The notes: generated by a model not told the origin, from the sequence alone. Positions 13,781-28,864 are shown, counted from the first letter of the stretch. The stretch: 64,000 nt of DNA from Octopus sinensis (GCF_006345805.1 NC_043001.1:74648001-74712000), one strand, 5' to 3'. Made by a program: numbers and translations.

Positions 13781-15775
13781 GATATGTGACGATTAGCCTC
13801 CTTGTGGGTTGGGAAGGTAGTAGGCAATATTAATAACTAACTTTTTATTAACTTCCTGACAGTTAAGAGTTTCCATCATCCTTTCTTCTAGAGATCTATA
13901 GTCGTTTGGAGTCAGAATTATTGCGTATAAACTATTGTGAGCGTGTGTTTGTGTTTATGTTTGTGCATGTTGTTCCCCGCTGCTTTTCAATGGTTTTGGT
14001 TTGTTTAGGTCCCCTTAACTAAGCGGTTCGGAAAAAGAGACCGATAGAATAAGTACCACGGTTAAAACAAGAACAAGTACTGGTGCCAATTTGTTCGTCT
14101 AAGAGCCTTCAAGGCACTGCCAGCATGGTCGCAGGCCAATGACTGAAGCAAGTAAAAGATAAAGTTAAAAATTTCCTGAAATATACACTTTGCGGTATTT
14201 AGTTCTGTAACGTCCAAGTCCAATACTATAACGCCATATCTTATATCTGGTACTGCATGTAAGTTGATAGTTTTCTTACTACTGATATGAAATTTTAATA
14301 TATTTTGGCAGTCAAAATATTCGCTTTTCGTACTTGGTCACTTTTCACACACGCCATTTTATTCATATATCTACCTAAATATTTTGTAGAATGCAGAATA
14401 GTCCAGCTCCTGTAATATTTCTCACCAAATCATCTTCTCTACAGGTCGATCTACTTTATTTTCTTATCTTTTATCTTTTGCTGCAGCTTTATGTGGTTAC
14501 TTACATATCAACTTACATGCAGTACCAGATATAAGATATGGCTTTGAAGAGTTTAGTCGAAAAAATCGATGTTAGTTCTTATTTTTAAGTCTGGCACTAT
14601 TCTAACGGTTTCATTTGTCGAACTGGTACTGGGATGTGAGTTGATTACTTCGATACCAGTGCTCAAATGTTACTTATTTTATCGACCCCACAATAATGAA
14701 AGGCATAGTCGACCGTGACGGTATTTGAACTCAGAACATAAAACCAGAAGAAATACCGCTTTGCATTTTTGTCTGATGTGCTTACAAGTCTATCAGCTCA
14801 CCGCCTTAAATTGGATTAAATGATAATGATAAAATTAATTGATGGATTCTTATTCTTGAGATTTAATAACAGCGGATCTTCACAATACTTTAAGAACTTG
14901 TCAAAGGTTTCTTAAAGAACAGAGAATGATATGAAATAACTGTTACATGATCCTTCATTGTTAACCTCGATTGAAGGTATTGTTTGTTTTTCTGTAATAG
15001 TTTCCGTGCATTCACAACAATGGAGGTAATTTTCGCTCAAAGACTCAAACAGTTTTCTTACAAATTACCAATGTATTTCGCTATTTTCGTTTCTGCTATC
15101 ACATGGTGTGATACAGATCACATTATTAGTCTTCTCTGTTACTATCCCTGTTATAACCAGCTCTTTAAAGCATAATTTTCAGTAAGAGCTGTTTTTCGTC
15201 TTTCGTGCCTACGATAGAAATCACAATCATTTAAATTATTATCATTATCATTATTAATCATCATTATAATCGTTGCCAATTATGAACCAACATCTTTCTA
15301 TTTCTTATTTATTCACCTCAGTTATGAAAAACAAAAGTTTAAAACGCAATTTCTCTTGGAAATTATGTCTTAAAAATGATATTTTCGTTGGACACAATTC
15401 TATATTGTATAAAATTATATGTATTTACTCACACACAAAAACCATAATGTATTTATACTTTTATTAACCATATATTCTTCTGTGCTGTAACCAATAAATG
15501 AAAAAGCAAAAAGAAACGAAAAAATTATATTATTGTATTTAATTGGTTATCTTGTAAATTTTATTTGATATAAGTAAAAAATAAAATAAATTTACACGTT
15601 AACAATAACAAACTTTTTCTGTGTCAGCCTCATTTTTTATACTAATTCTAACGTGTCAAAAGCTTGAAGTATATAATTTCTACAGAAAAACTCACACATA
15701 GGTCTGTTATGGCCCCTAGGACTCATAAGATCAGTGCCTAACCCAGTTTCTATGAAATATAGGTGACAGAGATTA

Positions 15776-16410
15776 CAAGGTGGTATCAAAAAGTTCCCGG
15801 ACTAGTTATGTTTAATAAAAAAATTAATTTATTTATCTAAGTTTAAACATCATCTCCTTCGAAACAGTCACCTTGCGCAATAATATACCAGTCCCAGCGT
15901 TCCTGCCACTTTTGGAATCCGGTCTGGAAATCGTTTTCCGTAAGTGAGTCGAGGATCTTCTGCAATTCGCTCTGGACATCAACAACGGCATTAAGACAGC
16001 GACCTTTGGGGAAGAGATGGAAATCCGCAGGTTCTAAACCTTGCGAATAGGGCGGCTGTGGAAGCGATTACCAAGTTTTTGGCGAGAAACTTACGAGTGA
16101 GGAGAACTTGGGGACAGGGTGTATTGTTGTCGTGAAGAATCCAATTCTTCGTGCTCCACAGATTCAGTCGCTTTCACGGAATGTCCTCTCGATTGACGAT
16201 TTGGCGCTGGGGGGAACTAATTCTCGATGCAGAATATCGTGGATGTTGGAAAAAAACAATGTGCATGCTCTTGATTGAGTTTTGGCTCTGTCGTGCCGTT
16301 TGAAACGCCAGTGCTACACGAAACATTGTGTACAACCCATTGCCTCGTCGCCGTAAGCTTGCTGAAGCATGCTCAATGTCTCTGTAACAGACTTCCCAAG
16401 TTTAACGCAA
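15776..16410 (-). pseudogene. Decayed mariner element (3' TIR and C-terminal part)
   Basis: TA|CAAGGTGGTATCAAAAAGTTCCCGGA terminus; the minus strand encodes ENDFQTGFQKWQERWDWYIIAQGDCFEGD, a typical mariner C-terminus. Confidence 0.75.
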
Positions 16411-17077
16411 TGTGAAATGAAGTGTTTTGCTCAGAAACACGACGTATCACCCGGTCCTGGGATCGAAACCACAACTTAGAAAGACGTGGTAGGATTTGAA
16501 TTCAGATTGCAAATTACTGAACCAAATGCCGCAAGACATCTGGGCCGATGTTTATACATTCCATCAAAACACCATGCTGGACTTGTGAAATTTTATCGGC
16601 CCCAAAAAGAGGGAAGACAAAGTTGGACCTCAGTAGGATTTCAGCCCAGCACGAAGAAATTCGGAAGGTATTCTATCCGACATTCTAACATTTCTACAAA
16701 TTTGTCTCCTAGTGTTGTGTAGCATTGTAATTTGTTGAATTCAAGTTATTTGTATACTTCTTACACTGGATCTACTCACTTGGTTGTGTCCATGATGGGG
16801 TAGGGAAGTTCTTAAAGCACATTTCAGTCAATCTGTAAATATTCAGATAACATTTGGTCTTCATATTAATGTGGTTGTTATATAACCCTAGGCCAATTCC
16901 AATTGACCAGGGTCAAAGCTGTTCCAGCCGTAACAATCTCGTCATCTTGTACATCCAGTTTATCTAGGAGTGCATTATCTAACATCCTCTGTGTTGTTGT
17001 TTAGCACCAGGTGATTCTCATCCAACATACACATTATCAAAGCTATTCCATCCTACCTTTCAATCAGGTTATAGTGT

Positions 17078-17311
17078 ATAGTTCTATATTTAAGAGATGA
17101 GGAATTATGTACATTATTTACATTATTTACATTTGACAGATATTAGTCCACATCTTCTTTGTTGTTAACACAACGTTTCGGCTGATATACCCTCCAACCT
17201 TCATGAGGTGCCTTCGGGAAATTTCGAACCTGGGTTATTCTTATTCATGTCACTGCCTGGGTTCGATTCCAGGCAGTGACCCGAATAATAATAATAATAA
17301 TAATAATAATG

Positions 17312-17382
<71 letters not shown>

Positions 17383-17527
17383 TCGAAAAATACCTTAAGA
17401 ATGAGAAACCAGGTTCGAAATTTCCCCAAGATACCTGATGAAGGCTGGAGGGTATATCAGCCGAAACGTTGTGTTAGCAACAAACAAGATGAGGACAAAT
17501 AGCCGTCGAATATAAATAATGTAAATA
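17078..17527. mobile_element. Penelope-like palindromic pLTR remnant with hammerhead motif
   Basis: Arms of about 130 bp in inverted orientation around (AAT)n; same family as 49207-49876; the near-duplicate aggt(t)a(t/a)agtgtat flanks both sides. Confidence 0.75.
17431..17474 (+). ncRNA. Minimal type I hammerhead ribozyme motif, intact core
   Basis: atac-CTGATGA-a-ggctg(gagggtatat)cagcc-GAAAC-GTT-gtgt; the palindromic ACGT stem III implies a dimeric fold. Confidence 0.65.
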
Positions 17528-17639
17528 AGGTAAAGTGTATCTCATACTACATTACCTATATATGTTCTTCTGTGTTGTTTCGTATCAGATGAATTCTCAT
17601 CAAACATACATATGACCACCAGTGAGCATGCCTCTACTC

Positions 17640-18720
17640 AGACAGACGAAGAGTATCTTGGAATAAAACGGGCAACTTGAATGGAGACTTGGACACATGT
17701 TGGGATTGCAAGGGAGTGGTCGGTAGGGAGAGGAACTGGAAGTAAGAGACTCGTGGACCTGCTCAAAATATTCCAAATGTATGATAGCTACAGACGGGAT
17801 ATTCCGAATGTGACAATGTGGACTTGGAGAAATCAAACCGGATCATCCAGAAGTTATATAAAGTTTAAGTCAGTGAATATCATATAATGTAGGATGTCAA
17901 CAACTATACAGACTACACGTTTGATATCTGCTTGGCCAACCAAGAGAGAATCATAAGTAGAATCAAGTTAGTGGAATAGGAATACGCTATGCCCAGCGCT
18001 GAAAGTCTACAGTGAGTTAAATAGAGAAATAATTCAGCTGGAATTGACGAAGAGGATCGTCAACAACCAGTTGTGAATGGCTCTGAAGTGAACTATTAAA
18101 GATTAATCGGTAGGGTGTGGCAAAAATGTAGCGATAAAGGGCAATAGATTAGAGGAAAGGTAGTCAACTGATTGGAAGAAACAGAAAAGGTAACGTGAAA
18201 TAACTCCACTGCTTCTTCGAAGCGAAATACAAAGGTGTCATTTTGTCAAAGCTTGCGTACGTACTATTAGACACAAAGAAAGAAAGCTATTGATGGGTTT
18301 CAATGAAAGAAACGCGCTGTGGAAGGAAAGTTACACAAATGAAATGCCGTGGCAAGTTAAACGGTAAGTACCTGCTATTCGAATCCAGGCAAATGCTAGA
18401 AGTTTTGCCTTAGCAATTCCTACTTGCAGCTGTAGACCAGAAATGGTGAACTTTGGAGCTCGTTGAGACAGTAAGCCGCAGCACTCGGCGGAAGTAGTAA
18501 AGACTTGCGAAAGAAACGATAATAGTAGGTGGGGTATGGTTGACAGTGAAAGATTATATGAAAGGCAGACCGTCTAATTTGGATGACACACTTTACGAAC
18601 TTTATGGATATGCAACAAATTCCGTCCCTTATGATACAGCGTAGAGAAGATGGGCTAAAAATCTGACTTCGGTTGTGCTTTGATCTGTGATAAAATCTAG
18701 TAACTGCGCTTATCTAAGGA
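17640..18720 (+). pseudogene. Decayed L1/Tx1-like ORF2 fragment (endonuclease to RT start)
   Basis: DSYRRDIPNVTMWTWRNQTGSSRSYI (APE 'TW...SRID' region) and RPSNLDDTLYELY (KSPGxDGLPxEFY-like). Confidence 0.55.
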
Positions 18721-19777
18721 CTTACAAAGTACTCAAAATACTGTAACCAAAAACCACCTCATTTTCACCATTTTCAGTCGAAAAATACACGTTATTGTCC
18801 ATTTGAAAAATCAACAAAAATGTTGAATTTCATTGAAAATAAATAAAAATGTATAAACCAATATAGTCAAATAAGACAAATTTAGTTACCAAAATCATCA
18901 TAATTTTCACTATAAGAGCTCTCAGAAGCAAAGGAAGTCCTCATAAGGCGGTTTAGGGCTTTGGCCAAAATGTGTTTGTGACTTGATTCGAGACCATAAA
19001 TAGTATGGGAAGCTTCAGATGTCAGCTTCACTGCCCTTTCAATACTCTGAGAATGTGAAGGCAAATCAGGCAGTTCCAGCTTGTTGTCATTCAGTAATGC
19101 TTCTCGAAGTTCCTGGTCAGAAATGTCTTCTGTGACAGCAGGTTCACAAGTCCTACATCATATTAACGACGAGCAGGTAGCTTACAGGTGCAAGCAGAAA
19201 TATGAAAAAAATTATCCATCTCTTCCCAGGGGGAGCCGTGGGTTCACTGACTGCCATATCCCAATTACATCCTTCGCTATTATTTTCGCAATATCATAGT
19301 CTTTCAAGTATGGGTGGCTGTTTTGGTGGAAATAACTGCACTGAATAACTGGAGGAGGGCAAGGGGCTCTGTTTTATCTAAAGGGGAAGGCTGGCTACCG
19401 AATCTTTTTGACACTATCACTTCGAGTTAATTCTGCAGACTTCCTTTTTCTATCCATTTTAATGAAAAATTTGAAAATAATTTAATTAAAAAAGAATTTG
19501 ATTGGCAGCGAGTACAAAATAATACATCAATAAACATCTATAAAGCATTTAAGCAAGTTTCAAGCATTGTCTTTTAATTGGTTATTTTGATTAAATAAGG
19601 TCCAGTGGTTGGCTTTTTATGTATAAAATTATACAATTTTACAACTTAAAAATAACTGAGAATCCCCAAAAGATAGAATCATTTTCATAAATAAGAGTTA
19701 ATGCAACATTTTCTACACATTAATGCCTTTCTATCTAGACTAGTCCAAAATTACAGTTCCAAAATCGACCTACCCTA
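18720..19777 (-). pseudogene. Decayed DNA transposon, probably hATm-like (transposase C-terminus and terminus)
   Basis: LPSHSQSIERAVKLTSEASHTIYG resembles the PxHxQxVERxVKLVTEAS C-terminal motif; the minus-strand end starts TAGGGTA. Superfamily assignment is from memory. Confidence 0.5.
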
Positions 19778-19778
19778 A

Positions 19779-19810
<32 letters not shown>

Positions 19811-20146
19811 GGTTTAAATATAAGAAAAACAGACAGGTGAGGGAACAACATACAAGGTGTACTAATTTGATGCTCAGAAATAAATGGAAAAGTCAATGAC
19901 GTTTCAAGCCTACGCTCTTCGACAGGAAGGAACGAGGAGAGAAAATGGAGTGAAAGATAAAACGTGTCCGGATTAACGAATCCACATGTCGAAACTATGT
20001 GTGTGTGTGCGTGTGTGTGTGTGTGCGTGTATGCGTGCGTGTGTGCGTGTGTGTGTGTGTGTGTGTATGTATATACATACATATATACATATATACATAC
20101 ATACATACATACATGCACATATGTATTTATATTTATATTACACATA

Positions 20147-20351
20147 CAATAATCCCTCGACTATCGCGGTTGTTACGTTCCAAAACCACCCACGATAACT
20201 GAAAAGTAGAAACAGTACTGTTCTGTAAATTTTTTAAAAATTATTTTTATAATTTGTATATATTTATTCTATTATAAATGTAAAAAGGAAAAGACGTAAG
20301 CTTAAATAATAAACTGCGACACGTGAACCGCGATATGGCGAGGGATTACTA
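20147..20351. mobile_element. Tigger/pogo-type MITE
   Basis: TA|CAATAATCCCTCG ... CGAGGGATTACTA|TA inverted termini with a TA duplication. Confidence 0.75.
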
Positions 20352-20379
20352 TAAGTGTATACACACACACACACACACA

Positions 20380-22011
<1,632 letters not shown>

Positions 22012-22372
22012 TGTATGTATGTATGTATGTATGTATGTATGTATGCATGTATGTATCCGGTACAAGACACGTGTATCGGTACGCTGGAGGAGGCACGAAT
22101 CCTTTCTTGAAATACTAATACTTTGGTTTCAAGAGAAATGGGCGTCTGTCATGTTATCTGATGCACGCTACAGTACACATTTTTCTTTAGAACTTAAAGT
22201 GGTCTATAGCCACCGCCCTTCAATGAATGAGGCGGTCCTTAGACAAAGAGCAATTCTCCAAGTCCAGTTGTCTGAGTTCATCTCGAAATCTTAGAGGAAT
22301 ACTTTGGCGGAAGGAGAGCTAGCAATAAACAATAACAAGAACAAAAGTAATATTATTGTTATTATTATTATT

Positions 22373-22418
<46 letters not shown>

Positions 22419-22680
22419 GTAATAATAATAATAATATGACCCTGGGGTAGTAAGTGTGTAGGTAATAGTATAAAATAATTAAATATTAGAATATGAAGAA
22501 GGGGATGTATGCAAATGAAGTTAAAATATTAATTTGATGAAAATTAAGACAATTGCTATCCACTTGAAATACTCCAAAAACTCACATGTTTTTCACAATA
22601 TAAAAGCATCAGTGGCTGACATTCTTCAGGACAAAGACTTCTGTGAATCAGGTGTTATTGAAGCTGTAACAGTTATCATC

Positions 22681-22756
22681 ATGTCTTCCATAGAACCGAT
22701 TCTCAACTCTGCCAAGAATACAGCTGCCATGTATTTCAACAACCAATACAGAAATG
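22681..22756 (+). CDS. ACCS: Putative first coding exon of the ACCS-like gene (MSSIEPILNSAKNTAAMYFNNQYRN)
   Basis: ATG with A at -3 and strong donor G|GTAAGT; phase 1 matches the acceptor at 33690. No homology support. Confidence 0.4.
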
Positions 22757-22953
22757 GTAAGTCTGTATTTTATTGTGCATGTGTTTTTCTTGGGAATTTT
22801 TGTTTTCGGATTATATGTGTGTGTGTGTGTGAGTGTCTCTGCGTATGTATATATGTATGTATGCACGCGCTCATGCATGTATGTGTATATATATGCATGT
22901 ATGTATATGTGTGTGTATGTATAACTATACATACATTCATACATATCTATATC

Positions 22954-22990
<37 letters not shown>

Positions 22991-22991
<1 letters not shown>

Positions 22992-23071
22992 AATGAAATA
23001 ATGGAGTTGAACGACGATTTAACAAATTTCCTTTATTTTGTTAAATCGTCGTTCAACTCCATTCTTTCATT
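22991..23071. repeat. Near-perfect hairpin with arms of about 36 bp
   Basis: aaatgaaataatggagttgaacgacgatttaacaaa ... tttgttaaatcgtcgttcaactccattctttcattt. Confidence 0.85.
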
Positions 23072-23224
23072 TATTTGTATTAAAAAAAACACACAAATTT
23101 CCACACGAAAGCACGTGATCTCTGCCCTTGGCATGTAGCTTCAACCGTGTTTTTCTGACGTGAATTTGCTACCCAGGTATCGGTTAACCGAATTATCCAT
23201 ACTAAGATAACTCATTCAACTACT

Positions 23225-23260
<36 letters not shown>

Positions 23261-23433
23261 TACATAAATACGTATGTTGTGTATATATGAGATCCATATA
23301 TTCTATTGTTCTATATATTCTTTGATTTTACTTTGATATATTTACATACACACATATATATGTTTGTGTGTATGTATATATATATATATGCTTTATAGTA
23401 TAGCACATATCTATTTATAATATTTACATGAAA

Positions 23434-23468
<35 letters not shown>

Positions 23469-23499
23469 GCTTGTTGTTGTTGTTGTTGTTGATATTGTT

Positions 23500-23868
23500 A
23501 TTACCTCCGCCTTAACGAAAGCGGAGGTATTGTTTTCAGTCGCGTTTGGTTATGTTTTTGTGCATGGACAAAATACCTGAAGAACCGCAGGATGGATTTG
23601 GATGAAACTTTCAGGGATGTTTGGCCTCGTGACTGGTACAAACTGATCAGGTTTTGGGATTGATCCGGTACCGGACAAGGTTTCTGGATTATTTTTCTGT
23701 TTTTTTTTAATTAGTTTTTGCGAGCGGTCGGGTTCATTTATAGTATTCTCGTTTGTGAGAGCAGTCGAATTTAGTTCAGATATTCTCATTTAAAAATAAT
23801 TTCCGGCTAATCGTTGAGAGGACGTTGGTTATTCTTGGCAGAGGTTTGCACTCTCTGAGTGCTTTTGT
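23500..23868 (+). mobile_element. Helentron-associated (HINE/DINE-1-like) non-autonomous element
   Basis: 5' hairpin tacctccgc..gcggaggta, 3' subterminal repeat ggcagaggt and short hairpin gcactc-tct-gagtgc, in a T-rich site. A similar 3' end lies at 51143-51175. Confidence 0.55.
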
Positions 23869-23879
23869 TATTGTTAATC

Positions 23880-24780
23880 TTAAAGACTCTCGGATAGTTC
23901 TTAATTAACGGTTATTCTTTACTTGAGAGCAGATAATAACAAATCACCAAATGTTTCAAGTAGTGCCTTCTGCAGTGGCTCAAAGAGACAATACTCTCCT
24001 TAGAATGCGAGTTGTACTCAACAATGCCGTCTTCTGGATCACTTCGAGCCTGACAGCAGCTCTAATATTCTTAATATGTTTTTAAAAGCCCTTAGAAACT
24101 GCCCCTAAGGCTCCAATTACCACCGGTATCCCCATACTTTCCTCATGCCCCATAACTTTCTTATCTCATCTCGCAGTGACTGGTACTTCTCAGTTTTATC
24201 TGTTTCCTTACATTCCACCCTCGAATCGCCTGGTATTGCAACATCTATTATCTTTACTTCTGTCTCATTTTTATGGATGAGCACGATATCCCTTCGTCTC
24301 GCCCCTGTGACTTGGTCTCATTGCATGTTGAAATCCCAGATTATTTTGTAATGTTCGTTCTCTATTACTCCCTGTGGCTTGTGTTCATATCATTGTTCGG
24401 CTATCTCGAGGTTTGCTTTACCGCACAACTGCCAGTGGAGATATATGGCCACATTGTTGTGTCTCCTTTCATATTCGCATTGAACGAGCCTACAACACTC
24501 ACTAAAAATATGGCCCATACTTTCTCTCTTGTCAGAGTACATCGTACACTGTGGCGAGTCAGTGCTTTTATCAATGTGATATTTGGAGTAGTTTGTTCTC
24601 AGAGCTTGTTCTTGAGTGCTGCACACCAATGCCTCAGTGGGGCCTTTTAATTCTCCTTTCTGCAGCCATTGCCAGGTTCTATTCCAATCAGCCACATCTT
24701 TATTCTTCAAGAACTGACTGTGCGTTTTCTTGTCCTGCCATATCTTCTTCATCTGCTTTCTACGGCTTCGTTCACTTTTA
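23880..24780 (-). pseudogene. Dong/R4-clade LINE fragment (Zn-knuckle/RLE region)
   Basis: LKGPTEALVCSTQEQALRTN...C..HIFSEC..EYERRHNNVA..HWQLC. Confidence 0.75.
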
Positions 24781-25169
24781 AGGTTCTTGTGTTGGATCTA
24801 CGGCTTGGACATGTTACCTTGAAGCTGCATTCTGACACTTCATCACAACCATATTTATCTCCCTTCCTGACACCACTCTTGAAGTGGATCTCTAAGTTCC
24901 CCATATATTGTTTCTAGTGTAACTAGGGATGACACAGGATCTATCTAACCCTCTCTCCAACACTCCAGCACTCCATCCCCACCTCTCTCTTCTTTATCTT
25001 CCTAACTCCCTCACTGTCTTGAGGTATGTACTTAAGGATCCTCATCAGACCTGTAAGCACTTCATACACTCAAGCTATATTTCCCCACTGACAATTTGGT
25101 ATCAAAATTTATCATTCACTCTCAATATTTATCCACTCTGACACTCCTATCCTCTCTGGCACCAGCGCC

Positions 25170-25500
25170 ATGATAATAGAGAGGGAAGTGTTGTCTTGTA
25201 GTAAGTTTGTTGAAAGGTGGATGGATGTTGGAAGAATGGCCAGTGTGAAAGGACCAATTCTGAGCGTGCACCTGTAAACAAAAGAAGGGCACTTGCCCTG
25301 TTGTTCAGGCACCCGTAGCTTTTGTGGGGTTTTCTACGAGGTCCTTAAAGCTATTGGGAGTTTTAAATTGTTTGATTTTTTATCGTTATTTATATTGTTT
25401 ACAAGTTGTAAAACACATTGTACCGTCCTGTTTTTGTCTTTTATGTTGTATGTGTTTTAATGTAATTTTTTTAAGCCCTTGTGGCCAATAAATGAATTTA
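25170..25500 (+). mobile_element. Tx1/L1-like LINE 3' end
   Basis: Encodes IEREVLSCSKFVERWMDVGRMASVKGPILSVHL*, followed by a T-rich 3' UTR ending agcccttgtggccaataaa and (att)n. Confidence 0.5.
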
Positions 25501-25512
25501 TTATTATTATTA

Positions 25513-25543
<31 letters not shown>

Positions 25544-25544
25544 C

Positions 25545-28310
25545 ATTCAGTAGTTTTATTTTTATAGCGTGCTTTCACTTCACTACCGAGCGCAGCTCTG
25601 TGTGCCTTAGGTATGTGCTGTGATTTGTTGTGATGCTCTGATGGTTATTGTATGGAAAGTGTTCTGCGTAGGATGTGTGCAGTGCCTAGTAGTGCAATTT
25701 TCTGTATGTTATATGTGTTTGTAAGTCCTGGTGTTTTTGTTATGTATTTGTCTGAATATTTTTTAAAAATTATTATTATTATTATTATTATTATTATTTA
25801 ATCAACATTTGGTAGTTTGAGACAAATTTCTACTGCATCACCTGCTACACCTCCGCGTTGCTGTGGTGTGTGTAGCATAGTATGTTCTTTTCTGTTGTTG
25901 GGAGAGTGCAAACTCTTCCCAGTATTGTTTTGTGTTAGTTTTTTTTCTCTTGATGTTTGGTGCAGTCTTTTGTCGTACTATTGCTTGTATAGTGTTTTGA
26001 ATGTGCAATGCGTTGGTTATCTAGTTTGCTGGTGGAAGTTTATTTCCCTGGGTAATTGCTGTATAGTGTTGTCTTGTGTTTGTGGGTTGTTTTGTTTAGG
26101 ATGTATTATTGAATTGAATTGCATAGGACGTGGGATATTCCTAGCAGGGCTATTTTTTCCGATAGTGTGTTGTGTTGAGGATCCAAATATAACTTCAACG
26201 TTTTTGTTCATATGTTTTTTATCTTGCCCAATGCTCCAATTATTAATTGCATTGTTTTCTCCTTCATATCACATATCTTGAATACTTCAATTTCAAGGTC
26301 TTTGTACTTTAATAATTTTTTCACTTCTTTTTGGACAATATTTTGATCAGAAGGGACTGTAATGTCTATCAGTAAGCAGAATATTTTCCAATCCTTGATT
26401 ATTATGCTTGGGCGATTGACCTTTAATTCTTTGTCAGTTTGGACAGACATTCCAGATGATTATGGTCTGGTCGTTGTCTTGTACCTTATTTGGCACATGT
26501 TTATAACAAGTATTGTCAGCTTTAATGTTGTAATTTTGGCATATTGTCCAGTGGACATAACTATTTACTCAGTTGTGTCTGTATATATATATATTCAGAT
26601 TTGACGAGGATTGGGCAGTCCGAAATTATGTGGTCAACTAACAAAATGTGCTGGTTGCACATTTTGCATTTGGTGTTAGGGCCTGTTTTCATTATTTTGC
26701 CTTTATAATTTTTTGTAGTCAGGCATTGGTCTTGTGCAGCGAGAATCAGTCCTTCCGTTTCAACCTTTAGGCCAAAGCTTTTGAGGAATTTGCTAAATAA
26801 AAGCAAATTCCTCTCTGTTAAGCTTTGCAGAGTGTTGGCCATGGAGTGACTTTTCTCTCCATTTCTTCTTCAATATCTTTTGTAATTCTATTTTAATGTT
26901 GTCTTTTGTCTCTTTGGCTATTTCTGCTATGTTGTCGTCTGAGATTAGTATATCAGTGTAGTTTGTTTCTGTTTTGTATTTTGTCGCTTCCTTGTGTATA
27001 GACAATTTTGATAAAGTTTCTCTGTTCCATGGTGCTTTTAGCAAAAGTTTTTAGGTCAACCATGTACAGGAGACAGTTTATTGTTTATCCACAGCACCTA
27101 TAACCCAAGGGGGTTCCATTTAACAAGTTTGTTAACGGGTTTAAACAATGGCAGAAAAGTAGGGTTAACAGTGAGTCTCCCTGAAAAAACAGTGGGTCTT
27201 CCTTCTTATGGGTAGGTTTTAATGATCTGTGAGTAATTTTTTTAATGTTATACTGGTTTTCCAGTTTGCCATTGCATATTTAATATATTTTAGTAGTGGT
27301 AGGGCTACCTTATTTGTGTGGAGAGATTCCAGTACCTTTGAGTGTGGAATACTGTCGAATGCTTTCTGGTAACCAATCCAAGTCATATTCAGGTTTTTCT
27401 TTCTCCTCGTACACTCCTCTATAATGGCTCGATTTACCAGAAGTTGCTCCTTACAGCCATACATCCATCTCCGTCACCCTTTTTATTCTTCTGGTAAAAC
27501 ATTCTTCTGGTAAAACATTCCAGATGACTGATGTTAGAGTTTTGTAGGATGTTGATAAGCATGTTACAGGTCTGTAATTTTGTGGATGTACGGTGTATTT
27601 GTTTTTGGAAATTAAAGTGGTTTGTTCTTCCAACATCCAGTTTGGTGTTGATTCTGGCTCACTTATCAATAAATTGAATGATGCCGCTAAGTAGTTATGA
27701 GTACTGGTGAGGTGTTTCAACCAGAAGTTAGGGACCTTGTCCATACTTGGAGTTTTCCAGTTGCTGGTACTCCTCAGTGTGTCCGTGATCTCTTGGCCTG
27801 TGATGGTGGGCCATATCTGTGGTTCTATTTTGTTCTTCCTTTCCTTTTCCCTACTAATCCACTGAACATTTTTTTTTGTTTTGCTTGCTCCGTATTGCTT
27901 CCCAGTAGGATTGAATCACTGATGTTGTTGGCATGGCGTCTATTGATATAGCGCTTTTGTTTAGTATCCTATAAAAACTTTTGTGTTTATTTTGAATTCC
28001 CTATTTTATTGGAAGAAGCGTTCCCGTTTGTTGTACCGTTTTATGCGGCAAGTTTTTGCTGCAATACCCTGCTTGCTTTTTTCTTTTATCTCCCAGGTTC
28101 CTTCTTTATTTTTTATGTTGTATTGTTTTGCTATATGGGCCTTTTTTCATATTTGATCCCGTTTTCTCTAGTTCACAAAGTAGTGATAAGTCTTTTGTTT
28201 CCGAATTTTATTTATTGTGATTTGTTTCCATTTTGGGGCTTGCGATTTGGGTGGGATTTTTTTCTTCGTAAGGGCCAAGTTCAGTTTCCCAGCTGTTTAG
28301 TAGATCAAGT
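25545..28310 (-). pseudogene. Dong/R4-clade LINE relics (RT and RLE), including a second 3' fragment at 25545-25765
   Basis: NYRPVTCLSTSYKTLT, GCKEQLLVN..KNLNMTWIGYQKAFDSIPH, LKVETEGLILAAQDQCL, CKMC..HIISDC, NRP..IDITVP...KYKDL; frameshifted. Confidence 0.85.
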
Positions 28311-28429
28311 CATTTAGTTTGTTGATCTCTTTTGGTTTTGTTTTTCGCTTGGGCAGTGACAATAGGAGAGGGTCTGCCTGTTCAAAGCTAACTTCTTGGC
28401 AGAACACCGTCTTTGATAATAATAATAGC

Positions 28430-28514
<85 letters not shown>

Positions 28515-28527
28515 GATGATGATGATA

Positions 28528-28565
<38 letters not shown>

Positions 28566-28864
28566 AATGATAATAATAATAATAATTATTATTATTTCTT
28601 TAGTAACCATAAGGTTTTACATTAAAAAAATATTGTGGACAGTATGGGACAAAACAAAGAATGTGTGTGTGTGTGTGTATGTGTGTGAGTGTGTGTTGTT
28701 GTGAGGGTTTTACGTGTAAACAAGACGAACAAAATTTTTAAATCAACAATGTGTGACCCTCAATAGATAATAATCCTTTCTCAGCTCGCCGCCTTGGACA
28801 ACAATAATAAAAATTATGAGAAAATAAAAAAAAACATTTATGAATATATATATATGAGAGAGAA

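Noticed and set aside
18111-18130. TAGGGTG as the left TIR of the hATm-like relic
   Set aside because: Only 6 bp match the other end, it lies inside the Tx1-like fragment, and there is no TSD.
19890-19930. Hammerhead-like CTGTCGA...GAAACGTC on the minus strand (also a degenerate motif near 7205-7245)
   Set aside because: Core positions are altered and stem I does not pair; at best decayed PLE remnants.
22534-22992. 152-aa ORF as a standalone gene
   Set aside because: The 3' half is microsatellite beyond a strong splice donor; only 22681-22756 is kept as a tentative exon.
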